The notes beneath the pieces are model-generated. The model saw only the letters and a program-made list of their open reading frames with translations. It searched no databases and had not been told where the DNA came from. From an uncultured Bacillota bacterium (GTDB taxonomy: Bacteria; Bacillota_I; Bacilli_A; RFN20; CAG-288): a stretch of 64,000 nt of DNA. Shown here one piece after another: positions 1-10,328 of this stretch. Location of the stretch: the NCBI GenBank assembly GCA_949299015.1, contig CASFYT010000017.1, positions 436 to 64,435 of the forward strand, given 5' to 3'. A program made the position numbers and the translations under genes. Positions within the stretch are counted from its first letter, which is position 1; each line of letters starts with the position of its first letter.

Positions 1-602
1 GTGTCAGGCTTGTTCAGAATCATCTATAGATACGAACGTGTAACGAAACAACATTCATGCCACATCCGGTTCGATACCTCTTCGACGTCTCCGAGATGTG
101 GGATGTTCGGAAGGCTTCCGGAACAGAGTGGACAGATTATCAATGGCGACCACAAGGAAGAGAATGAACGTATTGCGCTCTTCGCAACAGGCTCCTCTCC
201 ACGTGCTCGACCTGTCTCCAGGAGGTCATCGAAGGTCTAAATTCTAGAATAGAGACTAAAGAGGATGGAAAGGAAATGTGAGCTTTCGCCAGTCTATTCC
301 AAAGCGACTGAGAACCGCTGCCGATATACTATTTCGGATAATAGATTAGGCATTCAGTTTTATTCGTTTGACCATAGGTGCTTTCGTGCCACCAATCGAA
401 GCCGAAACGGACTCTTGTCGTTATTGGTACTGCTTTTTCCCTTCATTCGACTGCATGCATTGCCGGAGAGAAAAAGAGGACGTGCCCCTGAAATCAAGCT
501 GTCGCGAGGGCTGAAAGAAATCATGACCTCTTGCCTTGCGCGATTTGCTAAAATACTTAAAGCTGTTGAGGCTTCTTTTCTTGTCGGAAATATGGAGGTC
601 TT

Positions 603-2219
603 ATGGATTCAAGACTCGAACTGAGATGGGTAGGAAAAGATGAGAAGGTAAGTCTCGAACCTCGGATTTTAGTCAAGGATGAATCAAAATCTTTCTCTTA
701 TCAACCCGATCAATATGAGAGCATAGTCGAAAGGCGGGGGGGGACAAGAGATAACCTTTTGATCCATGGAGATAACCTTCTTGCCTTGAAGGCGTTGGAG
801 CAAAAGTTTTCTGGAAAAATAAAATGCATCTATATCGATCCACCTTATAACACTGGTTCAGCATTCTCTACCTATGATGATAACCTCGAGCATTCAACAT
901 GGCTGTCGTTGATGAAGCCTCGCATAGAAATATTAAGAAAACTTTTGACGAACGATGGAAGTATTTGGATTAGTATTGATTCTGAAGAATGTCATTACTT
1001 AAAAGTGATGGCGGATGAAATTTTAGGAAGAAACAATTTTGTAGAGGAAGTTATTTGGCAAAGGTCTTATGCGCCGATCAATCTTAAAAAAACATTTTCG
1101 CGAAATCATGACTCTATCCTCGTTTATGCAAAAGAGATCTCAGATTTTCAAATCAACTTGCTTCCAAGAACGGAAAAAGCGGATTCGAACTTTACCAATC
1201 CTGATCAAGATCCTAGGGGACCATGGGCTTCAGGGCCAATACAATGTGGGCCTCGTAACGAAAGCAGGGTCTATCCAATCAAGTGTCCAAGCGGAAAAGT
1301 TATTTTCCCTCCCCCGCAGTATTGTTGGAGATATTCCAAGGAAAAATATGAACAGCTAGTTCATGAAGGAAGAATTTATTTTGGACCGAACGGTGATAAT
1401 GTGCCAAGGGTGAAACGGTTTTTAAGTGAAGTCAAAAAAGGCATCGTTCCCCTGTCATTGTGGCTAAGAGATGAGGTTGGAGACAATCAAGAAGCAAAAA
1501 AAGAAATTAAGACCCTTTTTGGAAAGAATGTCTTTGACACCCCTAAGCCCGAGAGGCTCATCAAACGAATCCTTGACCTTGCCACCAAGCCCGGAGATTG
1601 GGTCTTGGATTCTTTCCTTGGCTCAGGAACCACAGCTGCCGTTGCCCAGAAGATGGGAAGACAATGGATAGGAATCGAGCTTACGGATGCCGCCTACACT
1701 CATGATGTCCCCCGACTGAAGGCTGTCATTTACGGTGAAGATAAAGGAGGTATTACGAAGGAAACCCAATATGGAGGTGGTGGAAGCTTTGATTTCTATG
1801 AGCTGGCCCCTTCGTTGATTCAATTCGATCAGTTCGATGAGCCCATCATCAGCAAGAAATACAATGCTGACATGCTGGCCTCCGCTGTGGCACTACATGA
1901 GGGATTCGCCTACTGTCCAGACAAGGAGTGCTTCTGGAAGCAATCGAAGTCCACTGAGAACGCCTATCTCTTTGTCACGACGATGCATGTGACCTCTGCT
2001 GTTCTGGATACCATCGCCAACCAGATGCAGCCGGAGGAATTCCTAATCATCGCCTGCAAGACGTTCGAATCCGAATGCGACGGGCTCTATCGGAACATCG
2101 CCATCAAAAAGATACCAGAGATGCTTCTTGGAAGGTGCGAGTTCGGGAAGGACAACTATGACCTCAACATCGTGAACCCGCCCGATTATACAGAGGATGA
2201 AGACGATGACAAGGAATAA
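603..2219 (+). CDS. mod: Type III restriction-modification DNA methyltransferase (Mod)
   Basis: NLLIHGDNL, catalytic motif IV YIDPPYN, TPKPE and SAM-binding motif I DSFLGSGTT (beta-class order); RBS GGAGGT at 594-599; overlaps the res gene. Confidence 0.92.
   Translation: MDSRLELRWVGKDEKVSLEPRILVKDESKSFSYQPDQYESIVERRGGTRDNLLIHGDNLLALKALEQKFSGKIKCIYIDPPYNTGSAFSTYDDNLEHSTWLSLMKPRIEILRKLLTNDGSIWISIDSEECHYLKVMADEILGRNNFVEEVIWQRSYAPINLKKTFSRNHDSILVYAKEISDFQINLLPRTEKADSNFTNPDQDPRGPWASGPIQCGPRNESRVYPIKCPSGKVIFPPPQYCWRYSKEKYEQLVHEGRIYFGPNGDNVPRVKRFLSEVKKGIVPLSLWLRDEVGDNQEAKKEIKTLFGKNVFDTPKPERLIKRILDLATKPGDWVLDSFLGSGTTAAVAQKMGRQWIGIELTDAAYTHDVPRLKAVIYGEDKGGITKETQYGGGGSFDFYELAPSLIQFDQFDEPIISKKYNADMLASAVALHEGFAYCPDKECFWKQSKSTENAYLFVTTMHVTSAVLDTIANQMQPEEFLIIACKTFESECDGLYRNIAIKKIPEMLLGRCEFGKDNYDLNIVNPPDYTEDEDDDKE
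736..743 (+). repeat. G8 homopolymer inside the mod 5' coding region (candidate phase-variation tract)
   Basis: Codons AGG CGG GGG GGG ACA in an otherwise AT-rich gene, just before NLLIHGDNL; currently in frame. Confidence 0.55.
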
Positions 2220-4872
2220 CAAGTTTCCTCAATACACTACTGACTACATTTCACATGCCATGAGTCTTCGCAAACCGCAGAAGCGGGCATTGGAAATTTT
2301 GGATAGCATTGTCAGGGACCTCGACCTTAAGAAGGACATGAATCTTGACACTATTGCCTCGGACATTCACGATGTCTACCCCACATTCAATGGATACGAT
2401 CGTGGATTCATGAATCTTGCGTTTGCTTTGGCCACCGGAGTCGGCAAGACGAGGCTCATGGGTGTTTTCATAACGTATCTTTACACCAATTTTGGAATAC
2501 ATGATTTTCTTGTTGTCGCCCCATCCCTCACAATCTACAACAAGCTGATAAACGATCTTGGCAATCCCGCAAGTTCAAAGTATGTATTCAATGGTCTTGG
2601 TTGCTTCAACGGAACACCGGACGTTTTCTCTGGCGATGACTATCTGGAAAAGTCCATAAATGCATATGGCGAAGTCAGAATCTTTGTCTTCAACGCCCAG
2701 AAATTCAACAGCGAGAACGAAAATCGAAAGATGAATCGTCTCAACGAAGGTCTTGGTCAAAGCTTCACCGATTTCCTTTCATCCATAGACGACCTTGTCG
2801 TCATCATGGATGAAGCCCACCACTATCGACACAACGAAACCGCCGAGGCCTTGGAGAGAATCCATCCGCTATTGGGGCTGGAACTGACAGCCACTCCTTA
2901 TATTGTTTCCAACAATAAGAAGAAAGGACCTGAGTACTTTGAAAATGTAGTCTATGACTACCCATTGGCCAAGTCGATAAGGGACGGATATACCAGAACG
3001 CCTTACGTCATGACTCGTTCCGATTTGCTGAAGAGCAATCTAAGCGATGATGAAAAAGACCATATGGCGTTGATCGACGGAATTAACTGGCATGAAGAGA
3101 TGAAAAAGATACTGAGTGCCTACGCAACGGCCAACAACGTGAAGCCGGTGAAGCCGTTCATGCTGGTTGTCTGCTCGAATATAGATCATGCGAAATCAGT
3201 GCTCGATTTCATCAAATCCGATGCTTTTCATAACGGAGACTACAAGGAAAAAGTGATTGAAGTCGACAGTGGGAAGAGTGGCATGGAGAAGGACGAAAAC
3301 GTCCAACTGCTTTTGAACGTCGAGAATCCCGACAATAAGATAGAAATCGTCGTCCATGTGAACATGCTCAAGGAGGGATGGGATGTCAGCAACCTCTATA
3401 CCATCGTTCCCTTGCGAACGGCGAACAGCCGTTTGCTGATTGAACAGACCATCGGACGCGGTTTACGTCTTCCTTATGGAAAGAGAACTGGAGAAAAGTG
3501 GGCGGATTCGGTGATGATGACGGCACATGAAAACTTCGAAGCAGTCGTTGCCGAGGCGAGGTCCGAAGACAGCATTCTCAGAAAAGAGAATATTATCGAT
3601 GTGAAGGACCTTTCCATGTCACATCCAATTCAAGCTTCCGTAAACATAAAACTTTTTGACACCACCAATGACGACTTCTATGAAAGAAATCCCGACATGG
3701 AAAAGAAGCCCGAACACAAGGACATGGCTAAGAAAATCATTGCGGCCTTCGAAAGCCATCCGCAGTTTGGCCCCATGATTCGTGGTGAGAAAGCGATTGA
3801 CGAAATCGCCAAAGAAATTGTTGACAAAGAACCGGACTTAGCTAAGATTATCGATCCTGACAATGAAGAGTTTTATAAACGTTTCTTAGGCTATACGATA
3901 GATAAGTGTGAAGAAGAGAGCAAAAATGCAAAAATAGCGATTCCAAAACTTGAAGTAAGGTCGGAAGGGGAGGAGAAGCGTTTTATAGAGGACTTTGATT
4001 TGGATGTTTCCAACATGAATTACTCACCAATCCCTGACAGCGTTCTGATTCAGAATCTGCTCAATAGCGCCGATCAGCTTGAACGCTCCACTATCGAAAT
4101 CAATTTTCAAAAGGAAAAACCCATCAAGACACTGATTGACCTCCTAAGAGAGAAAAGCCTGATCGATTATGATTCGATGGGCGAAACGATCGGCAAGCTG
4201 ATTTTCCAATTCCTTTCACATCTTAAGGACAAGGGATTCGACAACAAACAAATCCGAAACATTGTTTTCGCCAACAAAAAGGACATCTCCAACAAAATCT
4301 ACGACCAGATAGCAAGACATATAAAAATCCATAGTCCCGGACTCATTGAATATATTTCCGACATCGACACGAAACTAGTTCGGCCCACCTACAACATTGA
4401 GCCCGACGAGTCCAATCTGAAGAGTCTTTATGATCACGTTCAACCTAACGAAATCAAATCTTTGGTATTTAAAGACGGCAAAAAATCCACGCTCAACCTG
4501 AACAAGTTCGACAGCGATTCAGAGCACATTTTTGCCATAGTCTGCGATCGATCGGACGAGGTCATCCAGTGGCTGCGCCCTGCCCCAACCCAATTCAACA
4601 TCCATTACAACCATGGGAAAAGATATGAACCTGACTTTGTCGTTGAAACCGAAGATTGCTGTTATCTCGTCGAGATTAAGGCCGTCCGGGATGAAAATGA
4701 CGAAGCGGTGTTGGCCAAAAAGGCAATGGCAGTAAAATACTGTGAGCTGGCCACTGACTGGTGCGTAAAGAACGGCTACAAACCTTGGGCCTATCTCTTC
4801 ATCCCACACGATCGAATCACTCTAGTCTCTTCTTTCGACAGTTTTCGCAAAGGCTTTGTTGTCAAGGATTGA
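2197..4872 (+). CDS. res: Type III restriction endonuclease (Res), SF2 helicase plus PD-(D/E)xK nuclease
   Basis: ATGVGKT Walker A, MDEAHH, LTATP, LKEGWD, EQTIGRGLR and C-terminal YEPDFVVE...LVEIKA; true start may be ATG 2206. Confidence 0.92.
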   Translation: MKTMTRNNKFPQYTTDYISHAMSLRKPQKRALEILDSIVRDLDLKKDMNLDTIASDIHDVYPTFNGYDRGFMNLAFALATGVGKTRLMGVFITYLYTNFGIHDFLVVAPSLTIYNKLINDLGNPASSKYVFNGLGCFNGTPDVFSGDDYLEKSINAYGEVRIFVFNAQKFNSENENRKMNRLNEGLGQSFTDFLSSIDDLVVIMDEAHHYRHNETAEALERIHPLLGLELTATPYIVSNNKKKGPEYFENVVYDYPLAKSIRDGYTRTPYVMTRSDLLKSNLSDDEKDHMALIDGINWHEEMKKILSAYATANNVKPVKPFMLVVCSNIDHAKSVLDFIKSDAFHNGDYKEKVIEVDSGKSGMEKDENVQLLLNVENPDNKIEIVVHVNMLKEGWDVSNLYTIVPLRTANSRLLIEQTIGRGLRLPYGKRTGEKWADSVMMTAHENFEAVVAEARSEDSILRKENIIDVKDLSMSHPIQASVNIKLFDTTNDDFYERNPDMEKKPEHKDMAKKIIAAFESHPQFGPMIRGEKAIDEIAKEIVDKEPDLAKIIDPDNEEFYKRFLGYTIDKCEEESKNAKIAIPKLEVRSEGEEKRFIEDFDLDVSNMNYSPIPDSVLIQNLLNSADQLERSTIEINFQKEKPIKTLIDLLREKSLIDYDSMGETIGKLIFQFLSHLKDKGFDNKQIRNIVFANKKDISNKIYDQIARHIKIHSPGLIEYISDIDTKLVRPTYNIEPDESNLKSLYDHVQPNEIKSLVFKDGKKSTLNLNKFDSDSEHIFAIVCDRSDEVIQWLRPAPTQFNIHYNHGKRYEPDFVVETEDCCYLVEIKAVRDENDEAVLAKKAMAVKYCELATDWCVKNGYKPWAYLFIPHDRITLVSSFDSFRKGFVVKD

Positions 4873-5066
4873 TTTTGCTTATTCGGGACAAATTTTAACT
4901 GTTGAGAGTCCATTCTTTGTCTTGGCTAGCCTTGAATCGCTGAGCAAGGAAGTGCAGAGAGGCATCGTATTGTTGGCATCGGTAGAGTCGTCAGAACGAT
5001 AGAGAATCCTAAACAATCCACTTTCAGAACGGGATCTTTTTTGGAGAAAGGACGTGTAATATACTG

Positions 5067-7994
5067 TTGAAGACCATGAAAGATCATAATGTCGATGACA
5101 TCGACCGCGTCTATGCCGATATCGACAAAGCCTTGAGAAAGGCCTTCCTCGACCGGACGATCGAGAGCCGGCAGGCGGCAGAACCGGCCTTTCTTTCCAA
5201 TGATGCAAAGAAGAATCGAAAGGTGATCAACGCCCTTCGGGAAGAGCTGTACAAGGCGGATTCTTTTGCCATCTCTGTCGCCTTCATCACGAAGGAGGGA
5301 CTCCAGCTCTTCAAGGAGGTTTTCTTCGAATTGCAGAAGAGAGGTGTCCAGGGGCGCATCTTGACGACGGACTATCTCTGCTTCACGGATCCGGAAGCTC
5401 TGAAGGACATCCGAGACCATCTCCCGAACATCGAGGTCCGCATGTACAAGACGGCCTCTTCCCATGGCGAAGGCTTTCATACTAAGGGCTACTTGATTCG
5501 ACAGGGAGAGGTCTACAAGCTGATCATCGGCTCCAGCAACATGACGGCCTCCGCTCTTTCGACCAACAAGGAATGGAACACGAAGCTCGTCTCGACGCGT
5601 AAAGGGCAGTTTGGCGCGGAGGTCCTGGAGGAATTCGAGTCCCTGTGGAACGAAGCGACGCCTCTTGGGGAATACCTTTCGACCTACGAGAACATCTATG
5701 GAAAGCAAAAGGAAAGGGAGAAAAGACAAGAAGGACTTCCGAATCAGGAAGAGACCCTTAGGCCAAACCATATGCAGATCGAGTTCTGTCAGCGTCTCCG
5801 AAAGATGATAGAGGATGGGAACCGGAAGGGGCTGCTCATCTCGGCAACAGGGACGGGAAAGACCTATGCTTCCGCCTTCGCCCTTCGCGAGCTTCGGGCC
5901 CGTCGCGTCCTCTTTCTCGCGCATAGGACACCATTGCTTGGTCAGGCCATCCGTTCCTATCGCCGCATCATGCCCTTGGAGGCGACCTTTGGGATCCTTA
6001 CGGGCGACAAATCCATTGTTCGGAACCTCCCTTCCGTTGAGGAATATCGACCGGGGAAGGAATACGACTTTCTCTATTCTACATGCGAGATGATGGCCAA
6101 GGAGTGCCAGCGGAATAGCTTTTCTCGGGAGGCCTTCGACTATATCGTCATCGACGAAGTCCACCGTGCCGGTTCACCCACCTACCGGAAGATCATCGAA
6201 CATTTCCGACCGAAGTTTCTTCTTGGCATGACGGCGACGCCGGAACGAACGGAAGACGAATCGATGATATATCGCATGTTCGATCATAACATCATCTTTG
6301 AAATTCGTTTACAGGATGCCATTGAATATGAACTTCTTTGCCCTTTCCACTATTACGGAATCACCGATTTGGTTGGAATCGACGACCATTCTTACGACCC
6401 ATCTCGCTTTCCCTCTCTTTTTTCGGATCAGCGCGTGGACTTCATCCTTCAGAAGAGTGCCGACTACGGCTATAGCGGAGATCGTTTGCGCGGCCTGATC
6501 TTCACCTCGTGCAAACGCGACGGAAAGGAATTGGAAGGGCAGTTGAGAAGAAGGGGATTTCGCGCTCGTTTCCTTTCTGGGGAAGACGATTCAAGGACGC
6601 GGGAGGAGACGATACGCCAGCTCGAGGAAACCGACGGCTCTCGCCCCTGCCTTGACTACATCATCACGGTCGACATCTTCAACGAGGGCGTCGACATTCC
6701 GGAGGCGAACCAGATCATCCTTCTGCGCCCGACAGTCTCGACGATCGTCTTTGTCCAGCAGCTTGGAAGGGGCCTTCGCAAGTGGAAGGGAAAGGACTAC
6801 GTCGTCATCCTCGACTTCATCGGAAACTATGCCAACAACTACATGATTCCTCAGGCCTTTGCCTCTTCGGGGGACAAGGAAGCCGCGAGAATGGTCGTCG
6901 CCTCGGGTTACCTGCCGGGAGTCTCGACGATTGAGTTCGACGAAATCGCTCGGGGAAGGATCTTCGATTCCATCCGAAAGGCGAACTTCGACAGCCTGAA
7001 AGGATACCGAGCGGAGTACCTTCACCTCAAGAACAAGCTCAATCGAATTCCATCTCTGGTCGACTTCCTGCAGTATACCGACTTCGATCCCGTGCGAATC
7101 TTCCTGAATCAGGCCACCTCCTATCCGGCATTTCTGAGGAAAATCAACGAAAAGAGCTTTTCCGATGCCGAGCTCGGCTACCTGGAGACTTTGACCCGCG
7201 CCCTTGGCAAGGGACTTCGTCTTGACGAGGGGAACGTGATGGAGAGCCTGCTCCAGAGAAAGGGATTTTCCGATGTCGAACAGGAGCTTTCGCTATCTTC
7301 CGCTCGGAGGACGGCCCTCCTGCACCTTTTCCAGGATTCCTATTTTCCAGGGCAGAGGGGAAAGTTCCCCATTGTCGACGAAGACGGAAAACTGACATTG
7401 GAGTTTCGGAGATTGTGCCAGGAAAGGGAATTCCGGCGCGAGGTCGACGACCTCCTGCTCTTTTCGCGGATGCGCCACGAACGAAAGTATGGAAGGAACT
7501 ATCGCGAGACCGGGTTCACCCTGTTCGAACGCTATTCGCGCGATGACGTCTCGCAGCTCCTCGACCTCCCTAAGAGCCATTCCTCGACGCTCTACGGCTA
7601 CCAGTTCCTCAAGGAAAGCAGGACGTTTCCCATCTTCGTCAACTACCTCAAGGAGCCCGGCATCTCCGACCTGATCCGTTATGAGGACCGGTTCGACGGC
7701 CCACAGGTTTTTTCCTGGAATTCGCGCCATGGAGAAAGGGAGGATTCCAAGAACATGGAAGCCTTGATCCACCACCAGGAGCGGGGGACGAAGGTCTATC
7801 TCTTCGTCCGCAAGAGCACGAAGGACCGGGGAGAGCGGGCCCTGCACTATTTTCTCGGGGAGATGAAGGTCCGCGACCATCATCCCTTCGTCCGGAGCGG
7901 TGCGAACTACGTCCATTTCACCTTCGAGCTGATGGATGAGGTCCGCCAGGACATCTTCGACTATCTAAGGTCGGACATCGAGGGCAGCCGATGA
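5067..7994 (+). CDS. PLD nuclease-SF2 helicase-DUF3427 protein, SauUSI-like putative type IV (modification-dependent) restriction enzyme
   Basis: PLD motif FHTKGY...IIGSSNMT; ATGTGKT, DEVH, MTATPER, QQLGRGLR; C-terminal domain with YSRDDV...FSWNSR...LFVRK; ATG 5076 is an alternative start. Confidence 0.82.
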   Translation: MKTMKDHNVDDIDRVYADIDKALRKAFLDRTIESRQAAEPAFLSNDAKKNRKVINALREELYKADSFAISVAFITKEGLQLFKEVFFELQKRGVQGRILTTDYLCFTDPEALKDIRDHLPNIEVRMYKTASSHGEGFHTKGYLIRQGEVYKLIIGSSNMTASALSTNKEWNTKLVSTRKGQFGAEVLEEFESLWNEATPLGEYLSTYENIYGKQKEREKRQEGLPNQEETLRPNHMQIEFCQRLRKMIEDGNRKGLLISATGTGKTYASAFALRELRARRVLFLAHRTPLLGQAIRSYRRIMPLEATFGILTGDKSIVRNLPSVEEYRPGKEYDFLYSTCEMMAKECQRNSFSREAFDYIVIDEVHRAGSPTYRKIIEHFRPKFLLGMTATPERTEDESMIYRMFDHNIIFEIRLQDAIEYELLCPFHYYGITDLVGIDDHSYDPSRFPSLFSDQRVDFILQKSADYGYSGDRLRGLIFTSCKRDGKELEGQLRRRGFRARFLSGEDDSRTREETIRQLEETDGSRPCLDYIITVDIFNEGVDIPEANQIILLRPTVSTIVFVQQLGRGLRKWKGKDYVVILDFIGNYANNYMIPQAFASSGDKEAARMVVASGYLPGVSTIEFDEIARGRIFDSIRKANFDSLKGYRAEYLHLKNKLNRIPSLVDFLQYTDFDPVRIFLNQATSYPAFLRKINEKSFSDAELGYLETLTRALGKGLRLDEGNVMESLLQRKGFSDVEQELSLSSARRTALLHLFQDSYFPGQRGKFPIVDEDGKLTLEFRRLCQEREFRREVDDLLLFSRMRHERKYGRNYRETGFTLFERYSRDDVSQLLDLPKSHSSTLYGYQFLKESRTFPIFVNYLKEPGISDLIRYEDRFDGPQVFSWNSRHGEREDSKNMEALIHHQERGTKVYLFVRKSTKDRGERALHYFLGEMKVRDHHPFVRSGANYVHFTFELMDEVRQDIFDYLRSDIEGSR

Positions 7995-8407
7995 GAAAGA
8001 TCCGAGTCGTCGGTGCCGTCATCCGCCGGGATAGACAAGTCTTCGTGACGCAGAGAGGTCTTGGGGAATTCAAGGACCGATGGGAATTTCCCGGTGGAAA
8101 GATCGAACCGGGCGAGACGCCCGAGCAGGCCCTGATCCGGGAAATCCGGGAGGAGCTCGATGCGGAAATCGAGATCGATGCCTATCTGAACACCGTCGAA
8201 TACGACGATCCGGGCTTCCACCTCACGATGAGTCTCTACCTCTGCCACCTTCGTCGTCCTCATCTCGAGCTATTGGAACACGAAAGCGCGAAGTGGATCG
8301 AAGTCGGCGAGCTGGAAACCGTCGACTTCCTTCCGGCCGATCGGATCGTGCTGGATGCCTTACGGAAGGCCCTTCTAGCTGCCGGCAGCAACTTTGAGTC
8401 GCCCTAA
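7991..8407 (+). CDS. MutT/NudG-like Nudix (d)NTP pyrophosphohydrolase
   Basis: Nudix box WEFPGGKIEPGETPEQALIREIREEL; ATGA overlap with the upstream helicase. Confidence 0.9.
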   Translation: MRKIRVVGAVIRRDRQVFVTQRGLGEFKDRWEFPGGKIEPGETPEQALIREIREELDAEIEIDAYLNTVEYDDPGFHLTMSLYLCHLRRPHLELLEHESAKWIEVGELETVDFLPADRIVLDALRKALLAAGSNFESP

Positions 8408-8418
8408 TCTCTCAAGAA

Positions 8419-8443
8419 TTGACAATTGGCGGGGGGGTATATT
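8419..8443 (+). promoter_or_regulatory. sigma70-like promoter with a G7 tract in a short (13-nt) spacer
   Basis: TTGACA 8419-8424, ATTGGC-G7, TATATT 8438-8443. Confidence 0.4.
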
Positions 8444-8467
8444 AGCGGTGAATGGAGGGAAGAATTC

Positions 8468-8698
8468 GTGAAACTGGCCGCTTTTATTTTCTGCCTCATC
8501 TCGACGATCGTGATGGGGTGCCTGCTTTTCCCACTTCTATGGTGCGTTCCTGCGACAATCGCCGTCTGGCATTACTACAACGGGGAGAGAAATCTTTCTG
8601 TTGGATTCAAAGTGTTCATTCTCCTCTTTGTGAATGCTATTGCAGGCATCTTGCTCCTTTGCACAGAAGATTATAAGTATTATAAACACATTAATTGA
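8468..8698 (+). CDS. Small membrane protein (76 aa)
   Basis: GTG start after GGAGGGA; hydrophobic segments throughout; AT-rich. Confidence 0.7.
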   Translation: MKLAAFIFCLISTIVMGCLLFPLLWCVPATIAVWHYYNGERNLSVGFKVFILLFVNAIAGILLLCTEDYKYYKHIN

Positions 8699-8931
8699 AG
8701 ATGTCTGAAGATGATGGATTGTCGCTGATGGACATTACGGTTTTAGTGGCATGCAATTGAGGCGGAGTTTTCGTTGTGCTCCCTTCCTGTTCTCCAAACG
8801 TCCTCTTCCTTCTCCGTCGCCACCGGCGCGAAAAGAATCTTTTCGCTATATATGTCCCAATAGTCTAGGAAAGAGTGACTCTTTTTCGTGTGAAAGAGTA
8901 GAATAATCGATAAGAAAGGAGAGGCATCATC

Positions 8932-10308
8932 ATGAAATGTCCCTATTGTGGCGCTGAGAATCCGGAAGGCGCCACCTTTTGCAAGAGCTGCGGCAGGCGA
9001 ATGGATGGCATGGCCCTGTGCCCGAACTGCCAAAGGCTGACGCCCGCGGATGGAATCTTCTGCATCCACTGCGGCTCCAATCGGAACGCTCTGCCGCTGA
9101 AGATACCCACCCCTGCTTCGAGGGTATCTTCCCCGAAGAAGGTCGAAAGGAAGGAAGAGGCGCGTGAAGAAACCGTCTTCGTCCCGGATGAGAGCAAGGC
9201 GCACAAGATCCTCGGCATCGTCGCCTTCGCCCTCAGCTGTCTGACGATCCTCGTCAGCGTCGTCTTCACCTTCCTGATCGGTGCGACGCCCCAGATTGGC
9301 GTCGGGGGCGGGGACTATCCGACGGAGGTCGCCGGTTTCAATCTCTATTATTACTTTGGCGACGTCTTCACCCTGTTCAATGAGTCGGCGTCGGAAGCGA
9401 CGGCGATGTACGGCATGGTCGGCCCCGTCATGGGAACGCTCTCTGTCACCCTTTCCCTCATCGGCATCCTTGTCGTCCTCGGGTTTTCCGTCAAGGCCAT
9501 CGTCGGCTACGTCCAAAAGAAGGAAGAGTCCGTCACGAAGTATGCCGCCCTCTCCTATTTCGTCTATCTTGCCGCGGCCGTCCTCTTCATGCTCAACATC
9601 TTCACGAATGTGACGAGTCAGGGAGTCTCCATCGGACTGGGTCTCGACGGCGCGACGATCGCCGGACTGGTCCTTGGCGGCGTCTTCCTTCTGGCGAACG
9701 TTGTCCTCGACGCCGTCCGGAGGGGCATCGTGGGGGATGTGCGTTCCTATGGCCTCCAGTCCGGTCTTTCCTCCGGATTGCTCGTCTTGGGCATCGTCGC
9801 CCTCGCCTTCGTGGGAGGCCCCCTCTTCACGATCGCTTCCGGTGAGATTGCGACCAGCTATGGCATCACGGAGTTCTTCGGCCTCCTGCTGACGTTTGCG
9901 GCGCGGTACTATCCGCTTTCGGCGGACCTCTGGAGCGAATTCGTCGTCAACTACGTCGGTTCCCTCATCATGGTCATCCTCTCCCTCCTTTGCCTCATCG
10001 CCTTCCTCGTCTGCTTCGCCTTCCTGGCGAAGGAATTGCTGGGAGACTTCGGCTTCGGACTTCGGAAGAAGGCTCCTCTCTACGGAATCCTTGCGGGCTC
10101 CTACGCCCTTCTTGCCGGAATCTTCGAGTTGGTCCTCGCTCTCCTCTTCGTTCCTTTCTTCACTTGGAGCGAATCGGCAACCATTGGAATGTCGTCTTCC
10201 ATCGTCCTGCTTGTCATGGGCGCCTTGATTCTTGGCGTCTCGATCGTGGGAAAGCTTCTCTGCACAAAGCGTGAGGAGCATCCGGCCGAGGAAGAAGCGG
10301 CGGCCTAG
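8932..10308 (+). CDS. Double zinc-ribbon polytopic membrane protein
   Basis: CPYC..CKSC..CPNC..CIHC followed by about 9-10 hydrophobic helices; RBS AAAGGAG. Confidence 0.8.
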   Translation: MKCPYCGAENPEGATFCKSCGRRMDGMALCPNCQRLTPADGIFCIHCGSNRNALPLKIPTPASRVSSPKKVERKEEAREETVFVPDESKAHKILGIVAFALSCLTILVSVVFTFLIGATPQIGVGGGDYPTEVAGFNLYYYFGDVFTLFNESASEATAMYGMVGPVMGTLSVTLSLIGILVVLGFSVKAIVGYVQKKEESVTKYAALSYFVYLAAAVLFMLNIFTNVTSQGVSIGLGLDGATIAGLVLGGVFLLANVVLDAVRRGIVGDVRSYGLQSGLSSGLLVLGIVALAFVGGPLFTIASGEIATSYGITEFFGLLLTFAARYYPLSADLWSEFVVNYVGSLIMVILSLLCLIAFLVCFAFLAKELLGDFGFGLRKKAPLYGILAGSYALLAGIFELVLALLFVPFFTWSESATIGMSSSIVLLVMGALILGVSIVGKLLCTKREEHPAEEEAAA

Positions 10309-10328
10309 GAACGAAGACGATTCGGACG

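Noticed and set aside
1-602. ORFs 1..240 and 265..624 upstream of mod
   Set aside because: No recognisable motifs or RBS, and stops occur in the alternative frames; probably intergenic DNA or an unidentifiable remnant.
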